A stretch of 64,000 nucleotides of DNA from NCBI GenBank assembly GCA_049889275.1, contig JBMHDS010000049.1, positions 61,501 to 125,500 of the forward strand. The letters are read 5' to 3'. The position numbers and the translations under genes were made by a program. Of this stretch, positions 45,806 through 56,400 are shown in pieces (within the stretch, counting starts at the first letter, position 1; every line of letters begins with the position of its first letter). Under the pieces are notes generated by a model, which was not told the origin of the DNA, ran no database searches, and saw only the letters and a program-made list of their open reading frames with translations. Source of the stretch: Bradymonadia bacterium (GTDB lineage: Bacteria > Myxococcota_A > Bradymonadia > UBA7976 > UBA1532).

Positions 45806-48232
45806 ATGGCTGAGTCAGATCAACAGAATATGCCAGATTCCGGCCGAGGTGGTGATTGGTCGGCTGGAGAGTTTCACGCGGCCATGCGTGAACGCAGGAG
45901 TATTGTACTCGCTCATCTAGAGAATCAAATCAAGACGCCATTGATCGCGGAGGTTGTCTTCGACCTCTTGGTTCACTTGGCCTTGAATCCGGACATTGAG
46001 CTCGATGCGCAATTGGTTGAATCCTTCGCATGGCGCCATGAACTTGATGCCAAGGAAACAGCGCTTCAACGACCGAGTGGCGCGCGCGTTCCGTTGGTTG
46101 AGCTACTTCTCGATAAAGAAAAGTGGGAGCACGTTGAGTTGGTCAACGCGCTTCTCACTCTGGGCCTGTTTGGCAAATTGCGCCCCCTAGAGGAGGTTGA
46201 CCGTCAGAGCTTTACGCTGCGTATCGTCGGTTTGTTGCCCGGCATCGAGCGGATCGGCCCCTACACGTTTTGCGATTACCTAGACCTGGTCTGCTCAGAG
46301 GCAGATGCCCAGCGGTTCTGGACGCTCTACACTGAGCGTTTAATCATCGAGATAAACAAGAGAAGCGAGTCTGCAGACAATCGCCAAATCTCCTGGCTCT
46401 TACATCATCTCTTGGCTTTCCATCGTCACGGTCTACCCGAAACACGTGGACGCGCCTGGAAGACTCTCAAACGTCATATTAGACGTATTTTAGCGATCGA
46501 TCGGAACCGATCCCAGTTCATAAAGATGCTCATTCAGGGCATAGACGACATGGCGGTCCTGCACTATATTTGTACCGCACCGGGTTTTGTTAACGACGCA
46601 CAGCTCCTTCATCAGTTCCTTGTGAGAGGTGAGGAGAAGTTAATCTCATGCGCGCTCTGTGCGCTCCAAATTCATGGCGAACTTGATCATATCGTGGCGC
46701 GGACCATCGAGCACTATCGCGCGCGTCCGCTACCAGAGATCGCGCACCGGGTGACCGAGATCTACGCTCAGCTCGCACTGCCGCGTATACCGAGCGCAAA
46801 TCTCAAATATCTGACCTTGGGCTTGCGCTCTGTCATCCTGGAACATGTCACCAATAACGCATCGGTTGAGAGTCTCGCCCAGGCGATCGCGAATGACGCT
46901 CGGGCGCTCCGGCAATGTTTACTCATTGCGGACCTCAGTAAAATTGAGGACTTTCGTTCACGCCCTCAGGGACAGCGGCTGCTCGATCGCATTGTCACGG
47001 TTTTCTTCCAGTCCTTCACGCCCACAGCTGTTGACCACCCCTTTAACGACGAGATCTTCGAGGGCGCGATTACGCGGGTTTTAAAGGCGATGATTCAACA
47101 TGGTGCGGGTCGAATCCGCGACCGGCTAGAATCATTTGGACTTGAACTGTCCGACCATGTTGAACGTTGGGCTGGGCAGAATGTCCCTGAAGACGTCAGG
47201 CGCAAGTTGCTGGCCCGGTTCGCGATAGTCTACGTTCGCACAGTTGTCTCGGTGGCAAGGCTGTTACGGGCCGATGAAGAGACGGCCGAACAAGGACGAA
47301 ATCTCTATCGGACACTGATTAAAGTCTATCTCGAGCATCACAAAGCCCTCGAAGGGGAAGCGAGTTTTGGTGCCATCGCGTTTGCACTCAAACCTTTGTT
47401 TCCTGAAATGTGTGCACGTCGCCTTGACGACATCGAAATCGGAGACATCATTGATGCCTCTCATGTCATCGCGAGAATTGATGGCGAATTTGGCGCCTTT
47501 GAAGATGAGGATGAAGAGTTACTCGACACTCGAAGCAACTCTGAAATCAGTCCACTGATTCTGCGTAAGCCAGACCGAGAAGCACCGCTCATGGCAAAGG
47601 TGCGCGTTTTGGAGCGCCGCCAAAATCACGCAAAATCAGTCCTCCGTGCTTATCTGGGGCTCGAGGTGTTGGCCGATTTGAAAGAGCGGCTCCTGAGCCT
47701 CTTGGGTCTGCGTCGAGAGGGTCAGCTTATGCTGACCGACCGAGAACTCGTGGTCAGTAGTAAACGGACGCTCGCGGGCCGAGTTTTTGAAAGAACGGGC
47801 GATAGTCATGCGCTCAGCGATCTACTCGCGGTCAATGTGAAAAGGCGGCTTAGACTGTTTTACGTTGTCCTCGGCGCATTGGGTTTGCTCCTCTCGGGGC
47901 TTGTGGGTGGGCATCTGCTTTTCGTTGGCCTGCGCGGCGCAGATTCGAGCCTGTCGATTTTGGGTGGTGCATCGATCGCGCTCGGCATTGTCTTCGATGC
48001 GGCGATGTCGAGGATGAGTGAGCGCAACGAGAACTCTGTGATCATTGAGTTGGCGTTTAGCAGCCGCCCCCAAGCTTTTAGCTTAGCGATAGATACCGAA
48101 GAAGGCGCCGATATCTTGGATGCTTTTATGGCAGGCGATGCGGAACGACGAGAGATGGCCCTGATGGCTGATGTCGTCCATCAGGACGTTGAGTGGGAGC
48201 CGCTTGACGGACCGATTGACCTCGAGGTCTAA
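45806..48232 (+). CDS. Hypothetical 808-aa helical protein with C-terminal membrane hairpin
   Basis: Long ORF; Leu-rich helical N-terminus, acidic linker, two TM segments near the C-terminus. Confidence 0.75.
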   Translation: MAESDQQNMPDSGRGGDWSAGEFHAAMRERRSIVLAHLENQIKTPLIAEVVFDLLVHLALNPDIELDAQLVESFAWRHELDAKETALQRPSGARVPLVELLLDKEKWEHVELVNALLTLGLFGKLRPLEEVDRQSFTLRIVGLLPGIERIGPYTFCDYLDLVCSEADAQRFWTLYTERLIIEINKRSESADNRQISWLLHHLLAFHRHGLPETRGRAWKTLKRHIRRILAIDRNRSQFIKMLIQGIDDMAVLHYICTAPGFVNDAQLLHQFLVRGEEKLISCALCALQIHGELDHIVARTIEHYRARPLPEIAHRVTEIYAQLALPRIPSANLKYLTLGLRSVILEHVTNNASVESLAQAIANDARALRQCLLIADLSKIEDFRSRPQGQRLLDRIVTVFFQSFTPTAVDHPFNDEIFEGAITRVLKAMIQHGAGRIRDRLESFGLELSDHVERWAGQNVPEDVRRKLLARFAIVYVRTVVSVARLLRADEETAEQGRNLYRTLIKVYLEHHKALEGEASFGAIAFALKPLFPEMCARRLDDIEIGDIIDASHVIARIDGEFGAFEDEDEELLDTRSNSEISPLILRKPDREAPLMAKVRVLERRQNHAKSVLRAYLGLEVLADLKERLLSLLGLRREGQLMLTDRELVVSSKRTLAGRVFERTGDSHALSDLLAVNVKRRLRLFYVVLGALGLLLSGLVGGHLLFVGLRGADSSLSILGGASIALGIVFDAAMSRMSERNENSVIIELAFSSRPQAFSLAIDTEEGADILDAFMAGDAERREMALMADVVHQDVEWEPLDGPIDLEV

Positions 48233-48244
48233 CCCCCCGATTAT

Positions 48245-49273
48245 CTAGCGGTATGCTTCACACGATACGGTAGGTGTCTCATGATGTGTTGCAAACGTGA
48301 TGCGTTCCATCGAGATGTATTTGTATACAGTGGTTGGGCTCACGCCGAGCGCTCGAGCCGTCGCCCTGATGTTTCCATCGTGCAGTTTGAGAGCTTGGGT
48401 GATGTGTTGATGGATGGTTTGGCGTAAGGGGTTGACCCGGACTCGGCCGGGCGCCTGCGATCGAGCCATGTCGTCTCCACTTGAATCCGTACATGTATTG
48501 TCGAAGGCGATATACTCTTCCGAGATTGGACAGGACAGATTCTCTATGCCGGCTCGGATCAGAACATTGCGGAGCTCTCGCACGTTGCCAGGCCAATGAT
48601 GCATCTCGAGCTTCGTCCATGCCGAGGCGGTCAATCTTGCGGCGACGTTGGCTGAGAGGTCATGAGCTAAGGTCTTGAGGTCCGGTCGCCGCTGGCGCAG
48701 AGGCGGCATCTTGAGCTGTAGGGTTGATATGCGATGAAATAGGTCGAGCCGGAAGTGACCTGCACTGATCTGCTTCATCAATGCTTGGTGTGTGGCACAA
48801 ATGATCCGCACGTCCACTCGCTTCGGGCGTTCGGCGCCAATGGGCCAAACGAGTCCTGTCTCCAATACACGCAGTAGTCGAGTTTGCGCGGCGGTTGGCA
48901 TATCTCCAATCTCGTCGAGAAAGAGTGTGCCTTGGTGCGCGCGCTCAAACCAGCCGGCCCGCTGTTTCGCGCCAGTGAAAGCACCGACCTGAGTGCCAAA
49001 TAGTTCAGACTCCAATAGGGAGGGTGGGATTGCGGCGCAGTTGACAGCGAGCAGGGACATTTGCTTTCGGTCTGATAGTCCGTGGAGCGCCCTCGCCACA
49101 TGTTCTTTACCTGAGCCCGAGGGGCCTGTGATCAGAACCGGTTCTGTCGTGGCTGCGTATCGCCGAATGCGTGTGGCGAGTTTAACCATCACCGGACTGC
49201 GGCAGACGAGGTAGTCGCTCACGTCAACTTTTTCGGGCTGGGAGATTCTAGATTGGATACCTTGCATGACCAT
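48245..49273 (-). CDS. Sigma54-dependent activator without an N-terminal regulatory domain (AAA+ and Fis HTH)
   Basis: GPSGSGKE, ESELFG..GAFTGA, FLDEIGDM, WPGNVRELRN, GNIRATARALGVS; only about 20 aa precede the AAA+ domain. Confidence 0.9.
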   Translation of the reverse strand: MVMQGIQSRISQPEKVDVSDYLVCRSPVMVKLATRIRRYAATTEPVLITGPSGSGKEHVARALHGLSDRKQMSLLAVNCAAIPPSLLESELFGTQVGAFTGAKQRAGWFERAHQGTLFLDEIGDMPTAAQTRLLRVLETGLVWPIGAERPKRVDVRIICATHQALMKQISAGHFRLDLFHRISTLQLKMPPLRQRRPDLKTLAHDLSANVAARLTASAWTKLEMHHWPGNVRELRNVLIRAGIENLSCPISEEYIAFDNTCTDSSGDDMARSQAPGRVRVNPLRQTIHQHITQALKLHDGNIRATARALGVSPTTVYKYISMERITFATHHETPTVSCEAYR

Positions 49274-49359
49274 TGTTTTCCGCTAAATGAACATCTCAAG
49301 GCTTATCGATGTCAGGCCAAACGTGTTGCATAAACTTTTGCTAGACTTGGCGGGACGGG

Positions 49360-49414
49360 AATTCGCACGATAACCACGCATCGTGGTTATCTGATATTTG
49401 TTATCGTGCCAATT
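49360..49414. promoter_or_regulatory. Nested inverted repeats in a divergent intergenic region
   Basis: AATTCGCACGATAAC (49360-74) / GTTATCGTGCCAATT (49400-14), 14/15 match; plus perfect GATAACCACG-cat-CGTGGTTATC (49369-91). Confidence 0.6.
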
Positions 49415-49518
49415 GTTGGGAGTTGCACTAAATGAAAGCAAAGGTTAGTGGTTTTTTTTGTGTGCTGTTGTAGCCTGCTTGCGATGTTAGAATTGCTGCC
49501 GACCAAAGGGGCGAAACC

Positions 49519-50205
49519 TTGCTAGAGACACGAGATGTCTACCTCAGTGGGACTCGGGGGAACGCCCGGTTGAGCGGTTGCTCGACGACGATTCGGAGGG
49601 GAGAGACGGTTGCGCTCGTCGGCCGACGCGGCAGCGGGAAATCAACCTTGCTGCAAGTTCTTGCAGGTATTCTGGTGCCTAAGAAGGGAACTGTTCAGGT
49701 TCACAAAAACGCGGCGAACTTGCGGGGCGACACAGCGTTTCTAGGTGACACAGTGCCCGGCCCTTATCATCTCACCGGACGACAATGGTTGGATTTCTGG
49801 CTCGATGCTGCCAAAGCGCTGAAACCCAGCACGAGAGAGCGTGTTTCGCGCGAACTTGAACGTTTTTCATCCGGATTTGTCGACGCACCCGTCGAACACT
49901 GCTCTCGGACCGAGGGCAGAATTCTGGACTTTGTCCGCGTCGCGGCGCTTGACACGCCGGTGCTTTTGCTTGACGCCCCCGACGCAGGATTGTCGGGCTA
50001 TGACTTTGAGGCGCTTGCGGCGTCGCTAGAGTTTCAAAAAGCAGAGGGGCGTACCATCGTGATGACCCTTGACCGGCCAGAGCTCGCTATCCGTCTCTGC
50101 GATCGGGTTTTGTACATGGCAGGGGGCTGCATTGTTTCCGAGTCGGCCCGTGGTGAGAAGGACTTCGCGAACAAACTCACGCGCGAGATGGGTTGGGCAT
50201 CATGA
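49519..50205 (+). CDS. ABC ATP-binding-like protein with degenerate catalytic motifs
   Basis: Walker A GRRGSGKST intact; signature CSRTE, Walker B LLLDAP and no H-loop His. TTG start. Confidence 0.75.
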   Translation: MLETRDVYLSGTRGNARLSGCSTTIRRGETVALVGRRGSGKSTLLQVLAGILVPKKGTVQVHKNAANLRGDTAFLGDTVPGPYHLTGRQWLDFWLDAAKALKPSTRERVSRELERFSSGFVDAPVEHCSRTEGRILDFVRVAALDTPVLLLDAPDAGLSGYDFEALAASLEFQKAEGRTIVMTLDRPELAIRLCDRVLYMAGGCIVSESARGEKDFANKLTREMGWAS

Positions 50206-50708
50206 CGTTTTTGAGCGTCCGCACCAACGCTCTCACTGGACTCGGTGTCGTCGTATTTGCGTCAGCTGTATTCTTTCCTGTCTGGGCGAATGTCGGTTTT
50301 AGCCATATCGGACACTGGCACGCAGGACCTGCTCAAGAAGGTTGGCAGGTTGTTGTCGGTCCGGCAGCAGGGCTCACTTGGGCACTGCTTATGGCATTTA
50401 TGATGACCGGCTGGGCAGCGCACGCCGCCGATCCCTTCGAACCCGCTGCTCATCGAGTCGTTCACTTAGCTTTTGCTCATTTGATGGCTTTTTTGGGCGC
50501 CTTGCCGGGCGCGTTTTGGTTTGCGAGGGTGGGGGATTTAGCCTTCATTAAGTTCGTGTTGGACCTATGTGTCTATACGCTGCCGGCGTTGTTTGCGAGC
50601 GCTTTAGTGGTGACTCTGGTCGGTCGAGTAGACCGACGTTTTGCTCATTTTCTCGGCCTCGGGTTCGGCGGCGGGATCTGGTATTGGATTTTTTCTTATG
50701 GCCGATGA
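50202..50708 (+). CDS. Small multi-TM membrane protein (possible ABC permease-like partner)
   Basis: About 5 hydrophobic segments; ATGA overlap with the ABC gene. Confidence 0.6.
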   Translation: MTFLSVRTNALTGLGVVVFASAVFFPVWANVGFSHIGHWHAGPAQEGWQVVVGPAAGLTWALLMAFMMTGWAAHAADPFEPAAHRVVHLAFAHLMAFLGALPGAFWFARVGDLAFIKFVLDLCVYTLPALFASALVVTLVGRVDRRFAHFLGLGFGGGIWYWIFSYGR

Positions 50709-51543
50709 CATCAGCCATAGAGTCACGAGATTTGTACGCCGTGTTGCCGCGAGGCGGGCGGCGTGGCGAACCCTCCGACAGGTGACCGTCGCGGCGGTTG
50801 TATTCGGGGCCGGCATCGCGTTCGGGGTGTGGCCACCCGCTGTCATCGCGTCGCTTGGTCTTCTCGCTCTCGGTACGCTCATATTGGAGAAACCTCGGGT
50901 GACAGCTGAGTATATGGACCGAAAAGGGGGACATTTAGGTTTAATCGAGTGCGCCATCGATCATATTGAATCGCGCGAACCGATTATTGTCGCCCAGCGT
51001 GGCCGCGCTTGGAAGATCCTTTCGGACAGTGCCCCGCATTTATATGCGCCGTCGCCATCGGCCGTCTGGTGGCTACCAGTGATCGGTGTCATCGTGATCA
51101 GCGTTGTGGTCGCGGGCGAACGCTCGGTCAGGGAACAGGATTCTGACCATTCAACGCCTGCAAAGGTGGCTACATCGCAGGAACAAGGGCATTCCGAACC
51201 GGGGGGCGTTAAACCATCCAAAAAGAATCCTAGAGTCGACACAGTCGCGCAACCGTTCCTGACTCAAAGGGCCCAAGAGAGTAATCAGAGTGCCGAAAAT
51301 GCAATGATGGAGGCGGAGGGACAAGCCGGTCGAAAAGTCGGTACATCGAAGGGGGGCCAACTCGGAGAGAAGCGAACGGCGATTGAGCACGCAAAGAACG
51401 CCTCCAAGATTCACTTGAAGGGAAGTAGGCAGAATGTCATCAGGGGTGGTATAATCCAGTCCACAGTGGGTGAGCCGGCGCGGCCCTATCCCGAGAAGTA
51501 TCACGAGGTTATCGAGTCTTGGTTCAAGCGAAGAAAACAATGA
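50698..51543 (+). CDS. Membrane protein typical of MoxR/vWA clusters
   Basis: N-terminal TMs, low-complexity linker, C-terminal P.KY..VIE.WF; overlaps both neighbours. Confidence 0.65.
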   Translation: MADDISHRVTRFVRRVAARRAAWRTLRQVTVAAVVFGAGIAFGVWPPAVIASLGLLALGTLILEKPRVTAEYMDRKGGHLGLIECAIDHIESREPIIVAQRGRAWKILSDSAPHLYAPSPSAVWWLPVIGVIVISVVVAGERSVREQDSDHSTPAKVATSQEQGHSEPGGVKPSKKNPRVDTVAQPFLTQRAQESNQSAENAMMEAEGQAGRKVGTSKGGQLGEKRTAIEHAKNASKIHLKGSRQNVIRGGIIQSTVGEPARPYPEKYHEVIESWFKRRKQ

Positions 51544-52517
51544 ACTCAGTGGAGCAGGCGGAAGACGTCGCCGTTGAGCTACGGGAAGCAGTTTTAGAAC
51601 TCAAGACTCAATTGAATGCACGTTTTGTCGGTCAAGAGCTGATCATCGACCAGGTTCTCGCCTCGATTCTCGCCCGTGGGCATGCTCTGCTCGAAGGGGG
51701 GCCAGGCTTGGGCAAAACGCTGTTGGTGAAGCTGACGGGTAAGCTCCTTGGCCTCGAAGTGAGCAGAATTCAGTTCACGCCGGATCTCATGCCCTCCGAC
51801 ATCATTGGCGGCCAAGTGTTGGAGTCGACAGCGACTGGACCCGTCACGAGATTTGAGCCCGGCCCAATCTTCAGTCAGCTCGTACTCGCCGATGAAATCA
51901 ATCGAGCGAATCCCAGGACACAGGCTGCAATGCTCGAGGCAATGGCTGAGCGCCAGGTGACGATCGGCGGTGTGAGTAAACCCTTAGGGCCGCCCTTCTT
52001 TGTGCTGGCGACCAATAACCCGATCGAGATGGAGGGGACCTATCCACTGCCCGAGGCTCAGGCCGACCGATTCATGATCAAGTTAGTGGTCAAACCGCCG
52101 AATCGCGAGACGCTCCTGCGTATTCTTGATGTTCAACCGGATGATGTTCTGGCATCTGCGGAGCCTGTGATTTCGGTTGAGCGACTTTTGCTCTTCCAAG
52201 CGCATGTAGCCCGTCTACCGGCAGCGGAGAGCGTGCGACAGTTGATCGCTGATTTAGTCCTCGCGACCCAACCAGATTCACCGGTTCTAGAGAGAGGCAA
52301 CTATGTGCAATTGGGTGCGAGCCCACGCGCCGCACAAGCCATTCTCGCTGTCGCGAGGGCGCGAGCTGCGATGGCAGGCCGACTGCATGTTGTCGAGGAT
52401 GATGTTCGCAGCATCGCGGCGGATGTCTTGGGACACCGTTTGGTCTTGGACTATGCGGCGCGCGCTGATGGGATTGAACCGCGCGCTTTGATCGCGGACG
52501 TTCTTAAGAGAATTTAG
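51540..52517 (+). CDS. moxR: MoxR-family AAA+ ATPase
   Basis: GHALLEGGPGLGKT, RIQFTPDLMPSDI, LADEINRA, NPIEMEGTYPLPEAQ.DRF, GASPR. Confidence 0.95.
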   Translation: MNSVEQAEDVAVELREAVLELKTQLNARFVGQELIIDQVLASILARGHALLEGGPGLGKTLLVKLTGKLLGLEVSRIQFTPDLMPSDIIGGQVLESTATGPVTRFEPGPIFSQLVLADEINRANPRTQAAMLEAMAERQVTIGGVSKPLGPPFFVLATNNPIEMEGTYPLPEAQADRFMIKLVVKPPNRETLLRILDVQPDDVLASAEPVISVERLLLFQAHVARLPAAESVRQLIADLVLATQPDSPVLERGNYVQLGASPRAAQAILAVARARAAMAGRLHVVEDDVRSIAADVLGHRLVLDYAARADGIEPRALIADVLKRI

Positions 52518-52536
52518 ATACCCGAGGCAGCGCAGA

Positions 52537-53436
52537 GTGACGGCTGAATACGTCCACATTGAAGAGACAACAGCATCTGATCTATGGCAGTTGGCGGCTC
52601 GCTATCGTCTTCCTCGTCCGTCGATTGGTGGCCGCTCCACCTCCACTGGAGGCAGCGCTCGGCAGTCACGCCTCGGTCGTGACTTTGACGGTTACGTTCC
52701 CTATCGGACCGGTGAGGATGTGCGGCACGTCGATTGGCCTCTATATGCTCGCACGGGTGGTTTGTATGTCCGAAGGTATCAGGATGAGGACGCAGGGCGG
52801 TATCTTCTGGTCTTGGATTGCTCTGGCTCGATGTCGGTGCTCGGTGGTAAGAAATGGGTTTGGGCTAAATGCCTGGCCACTCTGATCGGCTTCGTGGCTT
52901 TGCGTGCGGGCCATGAGATCGAAGTCGCCCTCTGTGTGGATGGCTCCATCCGCCGCGGGCAAATCTGGAGTGGAACGGACGCCGCGCACCTACTTGTGGC
53001 CATGCTGGATTCTTTTCAGCCGACTGGACCTTGCCGACTCGACAGCCTGTTTCAAGGGGCTGTCTCGATGTCCTCATACCGCCAAGTGTTTGTCCTGAGC
53101 GATATGTTAATGACCGAAACGGTTGGGGCTGACCTAGAGTGGTTGGCACCATATGCACACAAATCACTGGTTGTGAGGATCCTAGCGCCAAAAGAACTCG
53201 TGCCCGTCGAAGGCCAAGCATCTAACCCCGAAAAGCAACAAGATGTCTTTCTACGACGGTCAGACGCTCAGCGCCTTCAGGCACAGATCGACTTATACGA
53301 AACGCGGTTGCAGCAGGGGGTCAGACGTCACTCCATCCCTATGGTGAATGTAGACCTAACGGGTCGATTTGACCGAGAGGCAGCTCAGGTTTTCACGCGT
53401 CTTACAAGACGCTCAGTCAACTCGTTGGTCCTTTGA
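52537..53436 (+). CDS. DUF58 domain protein
   Basis: Y..GEDVRHVDW..YAR...YVRRY..E, LDCSGSM, VLSD; follows moxR. Confidence 0.9.
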   Translation: MTAEYVHIEETTASDLWQLAARYRLPRPSIGGRSTSTGGSARQSRLGRDFDGYVPYRTGEDVRHVDWPLYARTGGLYVRRYQDEDAGRYLLVLDCSGSMSVLGGKKWVWAKCLATLIGFVALRAGHEIEVALCVDGSIRRGQIWSGTDAAHLLVAMLDSFQPTGPCRLDSLFQGAVSMSSYRQVFVLSDMLMTETVGADLEWLAPYAHKSLVVRILAPKELVPVEGQASNPEKQQDVFLRRSDAQRLQAQIDLYETRLQQGVRRHSIPMVNVDLTGRFDREAAQVFTRLTRRSVNSLVL

Positions 53437-56400
53437 GTTTGTACGTTGCACTGCCGATAGGTGTGTCACTGCTTACGGGTCTCTTGTATCTGGTCTGGGT
53501 GCATCTACGCGGCCCACAAACTCGTGGTCGCCCCCTGTCTACTTTTTTTCTCCTAGAGGCATCGCAAGTCGAACCGCGGCGAGGGTTGTCAGCTTTGCAT
53601 GCTTGGCCGCTGTTCTTGATTCGCAGTGCATTGATCTTGGCGCTGACAGGGCTCATCGCAGGCATCACGCTTCGAGATAACGCCGGTCTGGTTATCCTCA
53701 CCGATGGTCCGCTGGATAATGCGGTGTCGTCAGATGAACAAACGATCTTGATTCGAGCCGGTCACCCGCCAAGCGTCGTCGCTGACGGTGAGTCTATCGC
53801 GGCGGTAGACGCTGAACCACGCTGGAGTGCTGCAGCATCTCTTGGTTTGAGCTTAGCATCTGAAGAAGCCCAAATCCGGATGATGAGAAGCAAGCGAAAG
53901 GCAGAGCGTGTCGTTCATGCGAACGCCCGACTCGCAGGTGCTGAGGTGTCAGTGAGTGCACTGGTGGCGGGCGACGGAAAACCCACGCTTGTGGCCGGGG
54001 GACGACGGTTTCCACTCCTACAGCGAAGTCCCGATTGGTTTACGAAGGCAAAGCTACCCGCGGGTGGGGCCGTGATTAAACTTGAGGGTGGCAGAGATTA
54101 CCCACTCTGTATTCCAGGATCCGCGCCCCTAAAAGTCGCTGATAGTGGCTGGCCGCCCGACGTGATGAATGTTCTCGAGGTCCTACCTCACGTAGAGCTT
54201 GTGCCAGCACAACAAGCAAGTTGGATGGTTGGGCAAGCACTTCCAGCTGGCTCCGCTTGGGCACCATTCGCGCCTTTGGTGACTCACTTTGTGTTTCAGC
54301 CAGGTGCCGTTGATTCGCCAAGTGCCCCATTGCGCTTTGCCGACCGTTTGCCTGCACCAGGGGTACTCGTCAATCACTGGAGCCCACTCCCCCGAGGTGG
54401 CGAGCCGCTGATGCTCGCAGGTCAGCAAACCATCGTCGACGTCTTGACTGGACCGGCGGGTCAGACCAGGCGATTCGGGTTTAATCCGAGCGCGACGGAG
54501 TTGCCGAAGACGGCTGCTTGGCCGGTGTTGTTTTTGGAAGCGAGCCTGATAGATCGAGCTGCGACCGCGCGTTGCCGAGAGGTGACAGCAGGTGAAACGG
54601 TTATGATCGCGACAAGCGCGCCAGTTCAGCTGCGGCGACCCGATGGGACTGCGACGCAGCTTGTGCCGGATGACGGACGGATCGTCCTCTCTGGTTTGGA
54701 CCGCCAAGGTCTTTATCGGCTAGAAGCCGACGGCCAGTTTGCTGATCTCGCTGTGACGCCTGTAGAGCATGGAAATCGTCTGGACGTAGGGGGGTCGGTT
54801 ACGCTTGGATCACAGACGCACACACGCGCTGTCGATCGGCGTCCTTGGCTCATCGCTGCGGGGGTCATGGCGCTCTTGCTTGGTTTTGTCAGTCAGACCA
54901 GCCGTGCAAGACTGTTGATGTTCCTGACCTCTGGACTCTTGTTCGCCCCGCTCTACCTTGACCTCGGCGACAATCCAGATGTGTCGTTCGTGCTCGCGGT
55001 CGACACATCGTCATCGATGCCGCCGGAAGAGACAGAGGCAACCGTTCAGAGACTGGCTAAACGGCTTGGAGAGCGACTTTTAGCTGTGGTGTCCGGTGGT
55101 GAAAGAGTGGAGCATCTTGGTGGCGTTGAGGGGGCGTTGAAGACATTTCGCGGGGCAACCCGCCACGGGCCCCTGTTGGGCACCGCAGCTGAGGTCGCAG
55201 GTGAGAATGGTGCTGTCATCTTGGTCTCCGATGGGCGTGCCGAGGACGGTCCAGCCTATGTTGATGTCCCTGTCTTTACCAAAGCGGTCAGCTCCAAATC
55301 CGTCGATGCCCGGATCGAGTCGGCCAGTGTCATCGACATTGGACAGAATCGGTTTATCCATGTGGAGGTGTCCAGCGACCGCGCTTGCGATGGTCATTTG
55401 CGCATCGGTAAACAGAAGATTCCGGTCTCGCTATCGGCTGGTCAAAGGCAGGTGGTCAGGTCTGTGAGTGATGTGTCCAACGGGGTCCACCTTACAGTTG
55501 ATCTCGACGTTGCTGACGACCGGTTAGTTGAAAACAATACTTGGCTCGCGCGAATAGAACGGATTGGTCGTGCGACGGGTATTGCCGTTGGCGGTGGGGG
55601 CGCTTGGCTCTCGGCTGCGGGCTTCTCCGTTACACAAATTGAAGCTGAAGATTTAAGCTCACGGGGTGCTGAACTGGCTGACGCGCGGGCGCTGTCGGTG
55701 GTCGATATTGCTGCTTCACGTTTACCAAAACCTGTCCGGCAAGGGCTGGCCCGATGGGTTGAGGCAGGCGGGTTACTGCTTCTCGCGGGTCATCAGAATG
55801 CCTTTGCTCTTGGGGGGTGGATAGGTACGTCCCTCGATGAGTTATCGGCCCTTGATAGTCGACCTCCGCGCACTGATAGCCGTCCGGTTGGCGTGACCGT
55901 TCTGATCGACCGGAGTGGGAGTCAGGCAGCCGAAGCGGGTGGTGATGGACTCGATTTTGTTGGGCGCTTAGCGGCGAATATGCTTTCAAGCTTATTGCCA
56001 AAAGACTTGGTCTCGGTGATCGCATTCGCGGCCGAGCCAAAGGTGATGCTTCCGCTTACACCATACGGCCAGCTGGAGACCGAACTCTCGGTCCCGACAC
56101 TCGCACGTGGTGGCACAGTACTCGAGCCCGCCTTCGCGTTGGCCCTTGAGACGCTCGATGGCTCTCAATTGAGCCAGAAGTTTGTTGTGCTCGTCTCTGA
56201 TGGAGATTTCGCAGACCGCGATAAGATTGCCGAGATGGTGCGCACCGCAAAGGAAAGGGGTGTTGTGGTCATTGCTGTCGGCGTTGGTGAAACACCCCGA
56301 ATGAAGATACTCGAAACGCTCGCATCGGGTACGAGTGGTGTCGCTCTGAGTGCGAAACAACGCAAGCCAAACCTGGTTTTCGAAAGAAGCCAACTCAGCG

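Noticed and set aside
49310-49420. Sigma54 boxes (AGGCCAAACGTGTTGCA on plus; TGGCACGATAACAAAT on minus)
   Set aside because: The first has GG-N11-GC spacing; the second lacks the -12 element.
49462-49469. T8 tract as a phase-variation switch
   Set aside because: Short homopolymer in an AT-rich intergenic region; no evidence of length variation.
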